DNA of 20,000 nt from Chiloscyllium plagiosum (lineage: Eukaryota): contig NC_057757.1 in NCBI RefSeq assembly GCF_004010195.1, positions 4,830,071 to 4,850,070 of the forward strand, read 5' to 3'. The notes beneath the pieces are model-generated. The model ran no database searches. It saw only the letters and a list, made by a program, of their open reading frames with translations, and was not told the DNA's origin. This document shows, piece after piece, positions 1 to 10,099 of the stretch. A program made the position numbers and the translations under genes. Position 1 is the stretch's first letter; each line of letters begins with the position of its first letter.

Positions 1-236
1 GCTCTTCTCAAAAATCATGGTCATGGGATCTTCAACAGCCCCTGACAGGGCAGGTGCAACCTGAGTTTAATATTTCATCTAAAAGATTGTACTGGTATGT
101 CGGACATTCCAGCACTCCCTCAGTTCTGGGAACTGGGAGAGTCTGCCTAGAATTTTATATCCAAACCTCTGGAGTGAGATTTAACCCATCACTGTCTGAT
201 TCAGGTGCTCGTGCTACCCACTGAGCCATGGCTGAC
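1..236 (-). mobile_element. tRNA-derived Deu-domain SINE (SacSINE1/AmnSINE1-like), 5' part; runs off the window start
   Basis: The reverse complement begins GTCAGCCATGGCTCAGTGGGTAGCAC (A box), has a degenerate B box (GGTTAAATCTC), then Deu-like core TAGATGAAATATTAAAC...AAGATCCCATGACC...GAGAAGAGC. Confidence 0.7.
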
Positions 237-417
237 TCACCATCACAGGTTTCTGCCCCTTTATTTCTCAGCTTTGTAATCAGGTTAAGTTACCCTGTGA
301 CGAAGCAGATGATAAGCGATTGGGTTACGCGTGAGTGCCTTGTACCATTTCTGTTTGCCTTCGTGGCTACAGTGTGTGATATAGGTACAAGGTTGTTTCA
401 TGCTAAATCGTTTTTTT

Positions 418-718
418 TAGATTACTTACAGTGTGGAAACAGGCCCTTCGGCCCACAAGTCCACACCGACGCGCAACCCACCCAGACCCATTCCCCCACA
501 CCTAACGCTATGGGCAATTTAGCATGGCCAATTCACCTAACCTGCACATTTTTGGATTGTGAGAGGAAACCGGAGCACCCACAGGAAACCCACACAGACA
601 CTGGGAGAATGTGCAAACTCTACACAGAGAGTCGCCTGAGGTGGGAATTGAACCCAGGTCTCTGGCGCTGTGAAGCAGCAATGCTAACCACTGTGCCACT
701 GTGCCACCGTGCCTGCCC
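418..718 (-). mobile_element. HE1-like V-SINE, near full length
   Basis: The reverse complement has A box TGGCACAGTGG (locally duplicated), B box GGTTCAATTCC, V-domain GTTTGCACATTCTCCC...GGGTTTCC and CR1-type tail CCTGTTTCCACACTGTAAGTAATCTA. Confidence 0.9.
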
Positions 719-864
719 CATCTCTTTCACTATATCTTCTGCATTTATCTTCTCATGCTATTGTCTTCATTCTTGCAATTTCCCAGGAAAATGATCCAAA
801 CAATCCTTCATCACTCCTGGTGCTGCCAATAAATGGGATTTAATCTGTCTCTTGTTTTCTAAAG

Positions 865-1034
865 ATGTTTGGTGTCAAAGAAGACTATTTCATTTGCTGT
901 GTTCAAAATCCTTCCAAAGGCTGACCTACCGGTCGCTGTGTCTGCCAGAAAACCTGAAGGACTGTGGAGTCACAGAACTGAAGGGGTACTATTTACAAGA
1001 ATGATGGCCTGCTCTGAGAGAGAGTGATTCACAA
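865..1034 (+). pseudogene. Disrupted lipoxygenase catalytic-domain exon (170 bp) of an upstream ALOX paralogue
   Basis: Acceptor TTGTTTTCTAAAG at 864 and donor GTAAGT at 1035. Encodes KSFQRLTYRSLCLPENLKDCGVTELKGYY/YKNDGLL*ERVIHK, matching the LOX motif LTYxSLCLPxDLxxRGVxxxxxYYYRDDGL. Needs a -1 and a +1 frameshift and has an in-frame TGA at 1015-1017. Confidence 0.85.
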
Positions 1035-1240
1035 GTAAGTAATAACTTAGGTTCTTCCAGTGTGGGAAATACTCTCGTCAATACTCTGGCACACTCAAAT
1101 CCCCTCAATGATCACTAATTCTGCTGAACGCAACAAAGTCAGTTCTCTTATGCTCAACTCCCATGTGGAATGTCAGGCGACCTGACCGTGTGGTACATTT
1201 TCTTTTCAATTCTAACTCCTGACCTGAAGCTATTGCAGCC

Positions 1241-1590
1241 AGGGGAGGCGATGGCCTAAGTGGGATTATCACCGGACTGGTAATCCGGAGACCCAGATAA
1301 TGTCCAGGTGGACCTGGGTTCGAATCCTGCCATGGCAGGCAGTGGAATTTGAATTCAGTAAAAAATCTGGAATTAAGAGTCTAATGATGACCATGAATCC
1401 ATTAACAATTGTAGGAAAAACCCATCTGGATCACTAATGCCCTTCAGGGAAGAAAGCTGCCATCCTTACCTGGTCTGGCCTACGTGTGACTCCAGACCCA
1501 AAGCTGTGTAGTTAACTCTTAACTGCCCCCTGGGCAATAAATGCTGGCCTAGTCAGTGACGTCCTCACCCCGTGAATGAATTTTTAAAAA
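1241..1590 (+). mobile_element. tRNA-derived SINE with LINE-derived tail
   Basis: A box TGGCCTAAGTGG, B box GGTTCGAATCC, and tail GGGCAATAAATGCTGGCC...CCCGTGAATGAAT shared with LINE fragments at about 7375-7620, 12400-12500 and 17010-17110. Confidence 0.8.
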
Positions 1591-1952
1591 ATCTTGACTA
1601 ATTTCCCTCAACTTTAGAGGGAGCTAGATTCCTGGACATGGAATGTGGACCTACAGAGTCCAAAAAGACCATCACCTAAAGGAAGAAGGCCAGACATGGA
1701 TATTCTTCTAGATAGTGTAAAATACAACTGGCTTTTTAAACTAGGTTATAATTTTCCTGGATATTGTTAAGAGTCCAGCTGAAACTCCTAAGACATATTG
1801 CCCCCAAAGGGAATAATTTGCTGTTTGATATAGAAGATAAGATGAGACAGCCTAAATTTTGAGTAAATATATAAATTGAATAATATAAGAAAACATAGAA
1901 TTTTGGTGGTTATACAAAGAAAAACACTAGCAGAGCTAAGTAAATTAGTACA

Positions 1953-2126
1953 CAGAGGAACTTCGATTATCCTGCATTCAATTATCCAAATATCAGATTA
2001 TTTGGCAAGATCGCAAGGTCCCGTTGCTCGGCTAAACTATGTTATCTGGCATTCGATTATCCGGAATTCAATCAACCAAATGAAATATTGCCCGCCCGTG
2101 TCCTTCGGATAATCGAGGTTCCTCTG
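1953..2126. mobile_element. Tc1/mariner (pogo/Tigger-type) MITE, 174 bp
   Basis: TIRs CAGAGGAACTTCGATTATCC and GGATAATCGAGGTTCCTCTG; TA on the right flank (CA on the left); internal ATTCGATTATCC-like repeats. Confidence 0.85.
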
Positions 2127-2138
2127 TAGTTGTAAAAA

Positions 2139-2335
2139 TTGAAAGGAATATGAAAATAAGGAGGTCTTGCGAAAGCGATACAAGGCAGACAAAATTTTGA
2201 ATACTGAGAATAGTTTTGGTCCCCTTATCTAAGGAAATATGGGAGGCAGTCCAAAGAAAGTTCACCAAATTAATCATGAATGTGGAGGGGTTTTCCTAAT
2301 TGAAGAGATTGAGCAGGTTGGGCTTGTACTCATTG
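2139..2335 (+). mobile_element. Degenerate CR1 LINE ORF2 fragment
   Basis: TTTTGGTCCCCTTATCTAAGGAA...GAGGCAGTCCAAAGAAAGTTCACCAAATTAATC (FWSPYLR...EAVQRKFTKLI), homologous to the CR1 at 8757. Confidence 0.7.
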
Positions 2336-2377
2336 CACAGTGAATGTAATCTTCCTCAGCAATTTCACATGAGTTGT

Positions 2378-2614
2378 TGAAACAACACCGTGGAGGTCGT
2401 TATCCTGTCACAAAGTCACCCTTCACTTTCACATGTACAGTACATGGACTTTGACCAGTTATCTTAGAGCCCATCCCCAGGGTGAGGAGAATCCCTGACA
2501 CTCCTGTTTTTGATCTGTCAGCAAGGGCTCCCTTTTTGGTCAGGGATAACAGCCCCAATCAGGGAACTCACGCTCAATGCGATCCACCTGGCCAACCTTG
2601 TTCCGATCACTACA
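2378..2614 (-). mobile_element. Solo LTR with 5-bp TSD
   Basis: TG...CA termini flanked by GTTGT (2373-2377 and 2615-2619); homologous along its length to 6923-7255. Confidence 0.8.
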
Positions 2615-3298
2615 GTTGTGAAGGCAATTGACCGTGACTTGGCTGCTTATCTCTGTCACTCAAAGAATACAGTTGACTTGCAGGCTTTACTAAGAACAAC
2701 CAGTATTCACTATGGACAGACCTCAGAAGCTATGGGGAGATGAAAAACGGAAAACATCTAGAAACCTAGTACAGCATTATTTATCCATTCTTGACAGTGA
2801 AAATATTCATAAAACCTGCTCAGAGCCTCTAAATCTTAAATGGTTAATCTCTTATATAAACCAATTCCTGTTAATGTGTCATATTAAATCCTTTAAGATT
2901 CTCTTTAAACCATTAGTCAACTGTGAACCTAGAATCCCTGCTGAAAAACATTGCGATTTGATGTCTATAATGCTGCAATAATATTTGTAGGGAAGTATCA
3001 ATAAGGATCTTTTACTGCAACGTCATGGAATAGATGCAGAGTTTTTAAAATATAACCTACACCTTCCAAACAAAGCTGGCTAGCAGAGGGTTTTTGTTAA
3101 AAAAAAATCCAGCAGGTATCTTTTCAGCTTTTAATGGGACAAAATTATAAACGCTTCAGATTTTGACGCTTAAATGGATCTTTTGTACCCTTCAATAGCA
3201 TTTATGTCTATCCAGTCAATTTGTGACTCTCAAATTATGGATTAAATGTCTTGATACCACCTAAAGGGAGTCTGTTTGAACTCATACAATGATGATCA

Positions 3299-3642
3299 TA
3301 GAATCTCTACATTGTAGAAGCAGGCCATTCAACCCTCCAAGTCCACACTGATCTTTCTGAACTGCATCCCATCCAGAGATACCCCCTGACCTTATGCCTG
3401 TAACTCTGCATTTTCCCATGGCTAACCAACCCAGCTTGCGTGTCCCTGGACGCCACAGGCCAGTCTAGCATGGCCAATCGAATTAACTCACACATCTTTG
3501 GACTGTGGGAGGAAACCAGAGCACCCAGAAGAAACCCACACAGACATAGGGAGAATGTGCAAACTCCATACAGACAGTGGCTCAAGGATGGAATTGAACC
3601 GGGATCCCTGGCGCTGTGAGGCACTGAGCCACCATGCCACCC
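3299..3642 (-). mobile_element. HE1-like V-SINE
   Basis: Homologous to 418-718 (GGAGAATGTGCAAACTCC, GGAATTGAACC B box, CR1-type tail). Confidence 0.88.
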
Positions 3643-4646
3643 TAACTCATTGCTAAGTTTAAATAGCTGGTTTGAGTGAGAGGGTGGGCTCCCTGCCTTG
3701 TGAATCACAGCTATCAGAATCAGAATCAACTCTCTGTAGCCTGTGCCCGATTGGCAAAATTGGGTCAGTTGGGAAATAGATTTGGATTTCTGCATCCTGC
3801 CTGCCCAGGGTGTGGAGAGTTGAGACAGCTTTGTGAAAAGTCAGTCCTTTCTATCCAGGTGGATCACTTTCTGTTATGAAATAGAGAACACTACAATAGC
3901 AAACAATTGCCACAACTATAACATCGAAAATTGAACCACATCTTAACTTGTGTTGATGTAACAGAGCAGGGAAACACCACCAACATCCAACTCCCAGCCA
4001 TTCTTAAATAACAAACACTCTTTAAAGAGTTCTCTGTCAGTGACTATCATCGGAAACTAAGCTTCCCCTATGTCTCTAAGGGTATTATTCTCTTTGCTTG
4101 ATTAAAAATATAAACCAGTGATCACAAACTTTCTATAGCCTTCAAAGCCCTGATCTTTTTTATTCGTAAATACATTTGAAGCTATTGGTTCATCATAAAC
4201 TCCTCTTACTTGTATGGCATTTTCTGAAGACACACTATGCACCCTCACAAAGGACACATTGTTACTTTCTGAACAATCCACCTTCACATGTCACCTGTTA
4301 AGAAAAAGATATCGTTTGACTTAACCTCCACTCTCTCATTTTCAATATTCTGACGAGTACACAACCTCATTGTGATCCTTACCCTGTTCACTATCAGATT
4401 TATCTTTTTAATTTCTGTATGGATTTGCAAACAAGGGTCTACTGTAACTCATGTGTTTGTGAGACAAGTTGTATTCATCGTCCACTACAGCACCTGCTCT
4501 TTGAAACTTTATGTGCTTCTCGGTAGGACCTAGGTAGAGGGCCATTTTTGTACACATCCTCAGTATGAATTTTAAAAACCTGACAGGTCAAGTCTTTGAA
4601 CACTTTTTCATTCCTGATCCTTAACACATTCAAATATAAATTTCAG

Positions 4647-4768
4647 GCTAGTCACCGAAATTGCCATGTACCACTATAAGACAGAAAGTGAAATTCAAGA
4701 TGTCCCTGAACTTCAGGCCTGGATTAAAGACCTCACTGAAGTTGGACTTGGAGATAATAAAAATACCG
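4647..4768 (+). pseudogene. Next lipoxygenase exon (122 bp) of the upstream ALOX paralogue; frame open
   Basis: Acceptor TTTCAG at 4646 and donor GTAAGT at 4769. Phase 2 start fits the phase 2 end of exon 865-1034. Encodes (K)LVTEIAMYHYKTESEIQDVPELQAWIKDLTEVGLGDNKNT(G), with the LOX motif DxELQAW. Confidence 0.88.
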
Positions 4769-5334
4769 GTAAGTGAATTTAGACTCACACCTGAACAAAT
4801 TTTAAGTTTGAACTTTCCTTAAGTGTCACAAAATACATTTTGACTACAGTGAGGACAAGGACCACAGGTGAGTCTCAACATTATCACATCCGAGTTCCCC
4901 TTCAGCTCACACACCAACCCAACTTGGGACACATTTCCTCCCAGTAAAATTATAGAATCTAACAGCATAGAAAGGAGGCCATTCAGCCCATCATATACGA
5001 GCCAGGTCTTTGAAAGAGCTGTCCAATTAGTTCTGCATCTCAGCCTTTTACATACTGTACACAATATTCAAAAGGTAGTCTCACCAATAGTATAAAATGT
5101 AGCTAAAAACCCCCACTGTTCCCATATTTTGATATCTACCATCTATCATCTCAATCACCAGCTGAACCTCACCTTATGGGATTCATGGACCAGGCCTCTC
5201 TCTGCAAACCTGAGTACTGCAATATCTCTCCTCTCTAAATAATCTGCTGCTTTGATATTCTTCCTATTAAAGTGGACACATTATTTTCCTATATTGTAAA
5301 CCATCAGGATTCCTAATGAAAAGTTTATGTTCAA

Positions 5335-5521
5335 AATGGAGTCCCGGGGGAAGGTCAGAGGGGGGAATGGAGTCCTGGGGGGAATGGGCGGGCGGGGAAT
5401 AAGTCCCAGGAGGAAGACCGGGGGCAGGGAATGCAATCCTCGGAGGAAGGCCGGGGCAGGGAATGGAGTCTGGAGTCCCTGGGGGGGGGAGGCTGGGGCG
5501 GGGAATGGAGTCACGGAGGCC
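5335..5521. repeat. G-rich degenerate minisatellite (about 30-33 bp unit, core GGGGCAGGGAATGGAGTC)
   Basis: Recurrent GGGAATGGAGTC / GGAGGAAGGCCGGGGCAGGGAAT motifs. Confidence 0.7.
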
Positions 5522-5833
5522 AGTGTGAGAAAGCGTACCCCAGAGCGGAGGCTGGTGCAGGGACTGCTGGAGCATTGAACTAGGGGCAAAGATTCAGGGT
5601 AAAGATCAGGCCAGGTATGGCTGGAATGAGAATTCCTTCACTTCAGAATGTGGTGTGACTTTGGAATTCACTTCCCTAGACAACCATCAGTCAGTGAGTG
5701 TGCTCTTGACGTAAATGGATAATTGGTTGTTTCTGGAGACTAGTATCATCACAAAGTACGAAAGTAACATGAGAAAGTGGAATTGAGATAGATGATAGGC
5801 TGTGATATCATGAAGGCTGTCTCCACTTGTATT

Positions 5834-5983
5834 AAGTTAAAAATCACACAACACCAGGTTATAGTCCAACAGGTTTAATTGGAAGCACACTAGCTTCCAA
5901 TTAAACCTGTTGGACTATAACCTGGTGTTGTGTGATTTTTAACTTTGTACACCCCAGTCCAACACCGGCATCTCCGAATCATG
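5834..5983. mobile_element. Short insertion with a perfect 53-bp inverted repeat and 12-bp TSD; probable PLE inverted terminal fragment
   Basis: Arms 5834-5886 and 5893-5945 are exact reverse complements around loop ACACTA; TCCACTTGTATT occurs at 5822-5833 and 5984-5995. Confidence 0.75.
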
Positions 5984-6442
5984 TCCACTTGTATTGAGAA
6001 GAATAGGTGCAGATTTAACAAAACCTGCAAAAGAGGATATGTGGAGGGATAAAAGTACTTTGTCATGCGTTGAGCAGTTGTGTTCTGGAAGACTGCCTGG
6101 AGGTGTGGTGGGGGAGAATTCAATTGTTGCTGTGGTGGAAATTGCACGTTTTCTGATGAGCAGCAGAGGGCGCCTGTGGCCCAGTCTGGGGCTGTTAGCT
6201 TCTCATTGATCTCCAGCCTCCAGTTCTGGCTTGTGGCTGCAATAGGGTTTGCAGCCTCCCACCCTCCTCCTTGTATTTCTTACTGGGATTTCAGGTGGAA
6301 ATTTCAGATAGGTGGTCACAGAGTGCAGAGAGAGAGTATAAGTCAGGCAGACAGAGGGATGGATAATAGCTAAGGAAGGAGAAAACAGGGATCATAAGTG
6401 GATGAAAATGGGCTGGCTGCGCTGAAAGCAGACCGCATCATG

Positions 6443-6803
6443 GGGAGAAAATGAACTGCAGATGCTGGAGATCAGAGTCAAGAGTGTGGTGCTGGAAAAG
6501 CACAGCCGGTCAGGCAGCATCCGAGGAGCAGGAGGATCGATGTTTCGGTCATAAGCCCATCATCATGAATGAGCCTTGTGGGCCAAGAGTGCTGAGAGAT
6601 AAATGGGAGGGAGTGGGGCTGGTTGGAAGGTAACTGAGAATGCGATAGGTAGACGGAGGTGGGGGTAAAGGTAATAGGTCATAGAGGAGGATGGAGCGGA
6701 TAGGTGGGAAGGAAGGTGGACATGTAGGACAGGTCAAGATGGCGGTGCCGAGTTGGATGGTTGGATCTGTGATGTGGTGGGGAGGAGGGGAAATGAGAAA
6801 AAT
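6443..6803 (-). mobile_element. PLE family B terminal fragment with degenerate hammerhead motif
   Basis: Homologous to 9951-10045, 11202-11350, 14433-14562 and 16047-16236; flanked by GACCGCATCATG (6431-6442) and GACCACATCGTG (6804-6815). Confidence 0.8.
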
Positions 6804-6922
6804 GACCACATCGTGACAGGGCCAGGGGTGTCAGGGTCGGTAAAAGACGTGGAAGGAGATGTTTTGGTTCTAAAATTATTGAACTCGATATTGAGCCCCC
6901 AGGCGAAAAATGAGATCCTGTT

Positions 6923-7255
6923 TGAAATAACTCCATTAAGGCCGGTATCCCATCACCAAGTCACTCTTTATTATGACACTGACGCAGCTAGTTCAGAGCT
7001 GGCTCCTAGAGTGAGCAGAACCCCTGACACAAAAAAGAACAAAGAACAATACAGCACGGAAGCAGGCCCTTCAGTCTTCTAAGCCTGCGCCGCCATATTT
7101 TGCCCTTCTATATTAAAACTGTCTTCACTTACAGGATGCATATCCCTCTATTCCCTTCCTGTACCTGTCAGCCAGGGCTCCCTGATTGGACCAGATTAAC
7201 AGTCCCAATCAGGGAACTCATATTCTACAAGATCAACCTCACTGCAATCACTACA
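6923..7255 (-). mobile_element. Solo LTR with 5-bp TSD, carrying an internal CR1-type 3'-tail insertion (about 7031-7161)
   Basis: TG...CA termini, TSD CTGTT (6918-6922 and 7256-7260), AATAAA on the minus strand near 6966-6971; collinear with 2378-2614 once the insert is removed. Confidence 0.82.
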
Positions 7256-7374
7256 CTGTTCTTCCAGCTTGTAACTGCTTCAGCATAACCAGGAAACTGC
7301 GCAGAGAGAGAGAGAGAGAGGATGTCTGAGGGTGAATACAAGGTAATTGAGGGATAGCATTGTGTTCTTTTGTT

Positions 7375-7620
7375 GTTTACCTGAATGTGGGCACCGCAGG
7401 CAAGGCCAACATTTATTAACCATCCCTCAGTGTCCTTAAAGTGTCTGTGGAGAAGCCAATTACAGCTGCCACAATGCATGTAGGTTAGGGACCCAGTGAC
7501 ACTGAAGGATATATTTCCAAGTCACGATGGTGAGGGGCTTGGAGGAGAACTTGCATGGGAGTGCTGTTCGTCTGCACCTGCTGACCTTGTCCTTCTCGGT
7601 GTAGAGTTCGGGACAGGCTA
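7375..7620 (-). mobile_element. LINE (CR1/L2 group) 3' fragment sharing its tail with the SINE at 1241-1590
   Basis: GGCAAGGCCAACATTTATT is the near reverse complement of the SINE tail AATAAATGCTGGCC. Confidence 0.6.
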
Positions 7621-7774
7621 TTTCGACAGCACAATGGAAAGCTCAAAGGGTGGGGTGCTGTAAAGGTCCATGTGTTCTTGGAGAGGGGGGGGGGGTGCGA
7701 TGAGACTGAGAAAATGACCTTCATCTAAATAACTCCTCCCACAATGACAGGATACTTTGCGTCCAATTAAGTAA

Positions 7775-8240
7775 TTTTTGAAGTTTAGTCCCTCCTGTAA
7801 AGTCAGAAGCAGTGTAACTGATAGCAAGATCCTCTAAACCTCGATTAAATTCATCACAAAATCATTCGTTATGGGCATCCGTTGATTGAGAAATGCTGGC
7901 TTGGGACTCAGGAGATTAGTCCATCCTCTTCTTCCGATATTTGCTGCCGCGGTATCTTTTACTTCTTCCTGGGTGGAGCCTTGCTGCTCCGGTTTCCTCC
8001 CACAGTCCAAGGATGTGCAGGTTAGGTGAATTGGTCGTGCTAAATTGCCCGTAGTGTCAGGTGCATTAGTCAGGAGTCAATGTAGGTGAATGGGTCTGGG
8101 TGGGTTGCTCTTCGGAGGGTTGGTGTGGACTTGTTGGGCCGAAGGACCTGTTTCCACACTGTAGAGAATTTAATCTAATCAAAGGATGGCACCTCTGACT
8201 ACGCAGCGCTCCTGCGGCACTGTACTGAGGTTATCAGCCT
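7775..8240 (-). mobile_element. Degenerate Deu-domain SINE split by an HE1 SINE
   Basis: CTCTTCTTCCGATAT...GGTATCTTTTAC before, and AAAGGATGGCACCTCTGAC...CAGCGCTCC after, the HE1 insert; collinear with 1-236. Confidence 0.55.
7985..8180 (+). mobile_element. 5'-truncated HE1-like V-SINE
   Basis: TGCTCCGGTTTCCTCCCACAGTCCAA...CCTGTTTCCACACTGTA...ATCTAATC. Confidence 0.88.
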
Positions 8241-8534
8241 TAAGCAATCGATTCTCTAACATGGAGGCTGCTGGAGAAAGGTGCAAAACTGAGGAAAGCC
8301 CGACATCCAAAAGCAAAACACAGTGCAAAGCAACAGGAGGAGGGACAGGCTCAGTCACGCAAGAAAAGGTATGAAATCATAAACCTTGCACCAATTGTGG
8401 AGCATTCTACACCTGAGGCGGTTCATGTGAAAAAAGTCTGGGTTGAAGTCAGCCTGTGTTAATTCCTGTAAAGTGAGGGACTCACCCACTTCCCTTTCTA
8501 TAAACTAACAAAGTCGTCCATATGGCCAACATAG

Positions 8535-9260
8535 GAAAGATGTTGTTAAATGCTACAGGGAAAGTGTGTTAAACTTAAGAGGGCGCAGAAAAGACTTACA
8601 AGGACATTGCTGCTGTTAGAGGGTTTGAGCTATATGGAGAGGTTGACTAGGTTGGGGCTGTTTTCCCTAGCTGAGGGGTGATATTGCAGTTATACAAGAC
8701 ATTAATTAGGCTACTTTTAGAATACTTATTGGTTGCCTTGCTATGGGTAGGATGTTGTGAAACTTGAAAGGGTGCAGAAAAGATTTACAAGGATGTTGCC
8801 AGGGTCGGAGGATTTGAGATGCAGGGAGAGGCTGAATAGGCTAGGGCTGTTTTCCCTCGAGCAATGGAAGCTGAGGGGTGACGTTATAGAGGCTTATAAA
8901 ATCATGAGGGACATGGATAGGGGAAATAGACAAGGTCTTTTCCCCCAGCATAAGGAAGTCCAGAACTAGAGGGTATAGCTTTGAGGTGAGAGGGGAAAGA
9001 CTTAAAAGGGACCTAAGGGGCATCTTTTTCACACAGAGCATGATGTGTGGATGGAATGAGCTGCCAGAGGAAGCGGTGGAGGTTGGTACAATGACTACAT
9101 TTAAAAGGCATCTGGATGGGTATATAAATGGAAGGGTTTGGAGGGATATGGGCCAGGTGCTGGCAAGTGGGACTAGATTACGTTGGGATAACTGGTTGGC
9201 ATGGTCGGGTCAGAGCGAAGGATCCGTTTCCATGCTGAACAACTCCATGACTGTATGACT
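8535..9260 (+). mobile_element. CR1 (HER1-like) LINE ORF2 3' end; two abutting fragments plus 3' UTR
   Basis: KLERVQKRFTRMLPG...LGLFSLEQWKLRGDVIEAYKIM and RDLRGIFFTQ...WNELPEE are typical of the CR1 ORF2 C-terminus; ends in ATGACT repeats. Confidence 0.92.
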
Positions 9261-9574
9261 GTAACATGGACAAGCACACCAAACCCTGTAACTGCTCTGG
9301 ATGGTTGACCTGAAGGGTTTGGAAAGAGATCTTCTTCCTTCTGGCAGTGAGACTGCTTGACCCAGGATATTCCACCATGAACATGGAAGGGCATGCTTTA
9401 CTTCTGTAGGATGAGTGCTTGGAGTGAGCAGGGGGTCCTTCAGCTTGGAAGACATCAGCTGGTCCACCGGGAGAGAGCCACAGATTGCATGATCGCTGCT
9501 CACAGCCCTGTCATCAGTGTAGAGCCACAGGGAGCTGGGGTATTGCCTGGAGTTTTGAAGAAGTGGCGCTCAAC

Positions 9575-9655
9575 CAGAAATGTTAATTCTGCTTTCTCTC
9601 CACAGATGCTCGCAGACCTGCTGAGTTTTTCCAGCATTTTCTGTTTTGGTTTCTG
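9575..9655 (+). mobile_element. PLE-type terminal fragment
   Basis: GAAATGTTAATTCTG...CAGATGCT...GACCTGCTGAGTTTTTCCAGCA resembles the sequence downstream of the hammerhead in the PLE copies. Confidence 0.5.
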
Positions 9656-9689
9656 ATAGTCTGGAGTGACTGTGTTATGTGGGATTTGA

Positions 9690-10087
9690 GCATTTCGCGC
9701 TATTTATTGCCCTTCCACATTTGCCCAGAGGGTAGTTCAGACTCAGTCTCATATAGGCAAGACCAGGTAAGGATGGCTGATTTCCTGTTCAAGAGGACAA
9801 TGGTGAACCAGATGGGTTGTTTTTTTTTAATGACAGTAACAACAGATATGCAATCACAATTTCTCCCCTTCAGATTTTAGTGAACTCAAATTTCACCATC
9901 TGCCATGGTGAGATTCTAACTCATATCCATTTAATAGTAGCCTGAGGTTCCTGAGGAAGAGCTTATGCTCGAAACGTCGATTCTCCTGCTCCTCGGATGC
10001 TGCCTGACTGGCTGTGCTTTTCCAGCACCACACTCTGTGACTCTAAGCTCCTGGATTACTCACCCAATGTCAGCTGCTACCATCGCT
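9690..10087 (-). mobile_element. Degenerate copy of the 1241-1590 SINE family, interrupted by PLE-B
   Basis: AGACCAGGTAAGGATGGC, CCAGATGGGTT, CTGCCATGG and CTGGATTAC are reverse complements of segments of 1241-1590. Confidence 0.7.
9951..9978 (+). ncRNA. Minimal type-I hammerhead ribozyme motif in a PLE-B fragment (9951-10045)
   Basis: CTGAGGA-A-GAGC-TTAT-GCTC-GAAAC-GTC: intact CUGANGA and GAAA core, perfect 4-bp stem II, GUC cleavage triplet; stem I is very short. Confidence 0.65.
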
Positions 10088-10099
10088 TTAAGGTTGAAG

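Larger units (their letters stand above)
6290..7290 (-). mobile_element. Old PLE (family A) 3' end, interrupted by a PLE-B insertion and a solo LTR
   Basis: Removing the inserts gives GIY-YIG C-terminal peptides YKLEEQ|DLIFRLG...GLNIEFNNFRT followed by a 3' UTR homologous to 15840-16290. Confidence 0.7.

Noticed and set aside
228..794. 188-aa ORF, the longest in the track
   Set aside because: Mostly the antisense reading of an HE1 SINE; similar peptides arise from the other SINE copies.
1241..1335. Possible tRNA gene (A and B boxes)
   Set aside because: It is the head of a SINE, continuing into a body and tail repeated elsewhere; no clean cloverleaf.
3307..3795. 162-aa minus-strand ORF
   Set aside because: Translation of an HE1 SINE plus flank.
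5267..5589. Pro-rich and Gly-rich ORFs
   Set aside because: Products of the G-rich minisatellite.
5834..5945. Possible pre-miRNA
   Set aside because: Perfect arms with a flanking TSD indicate a recent mobile insertion; no expression evidence.
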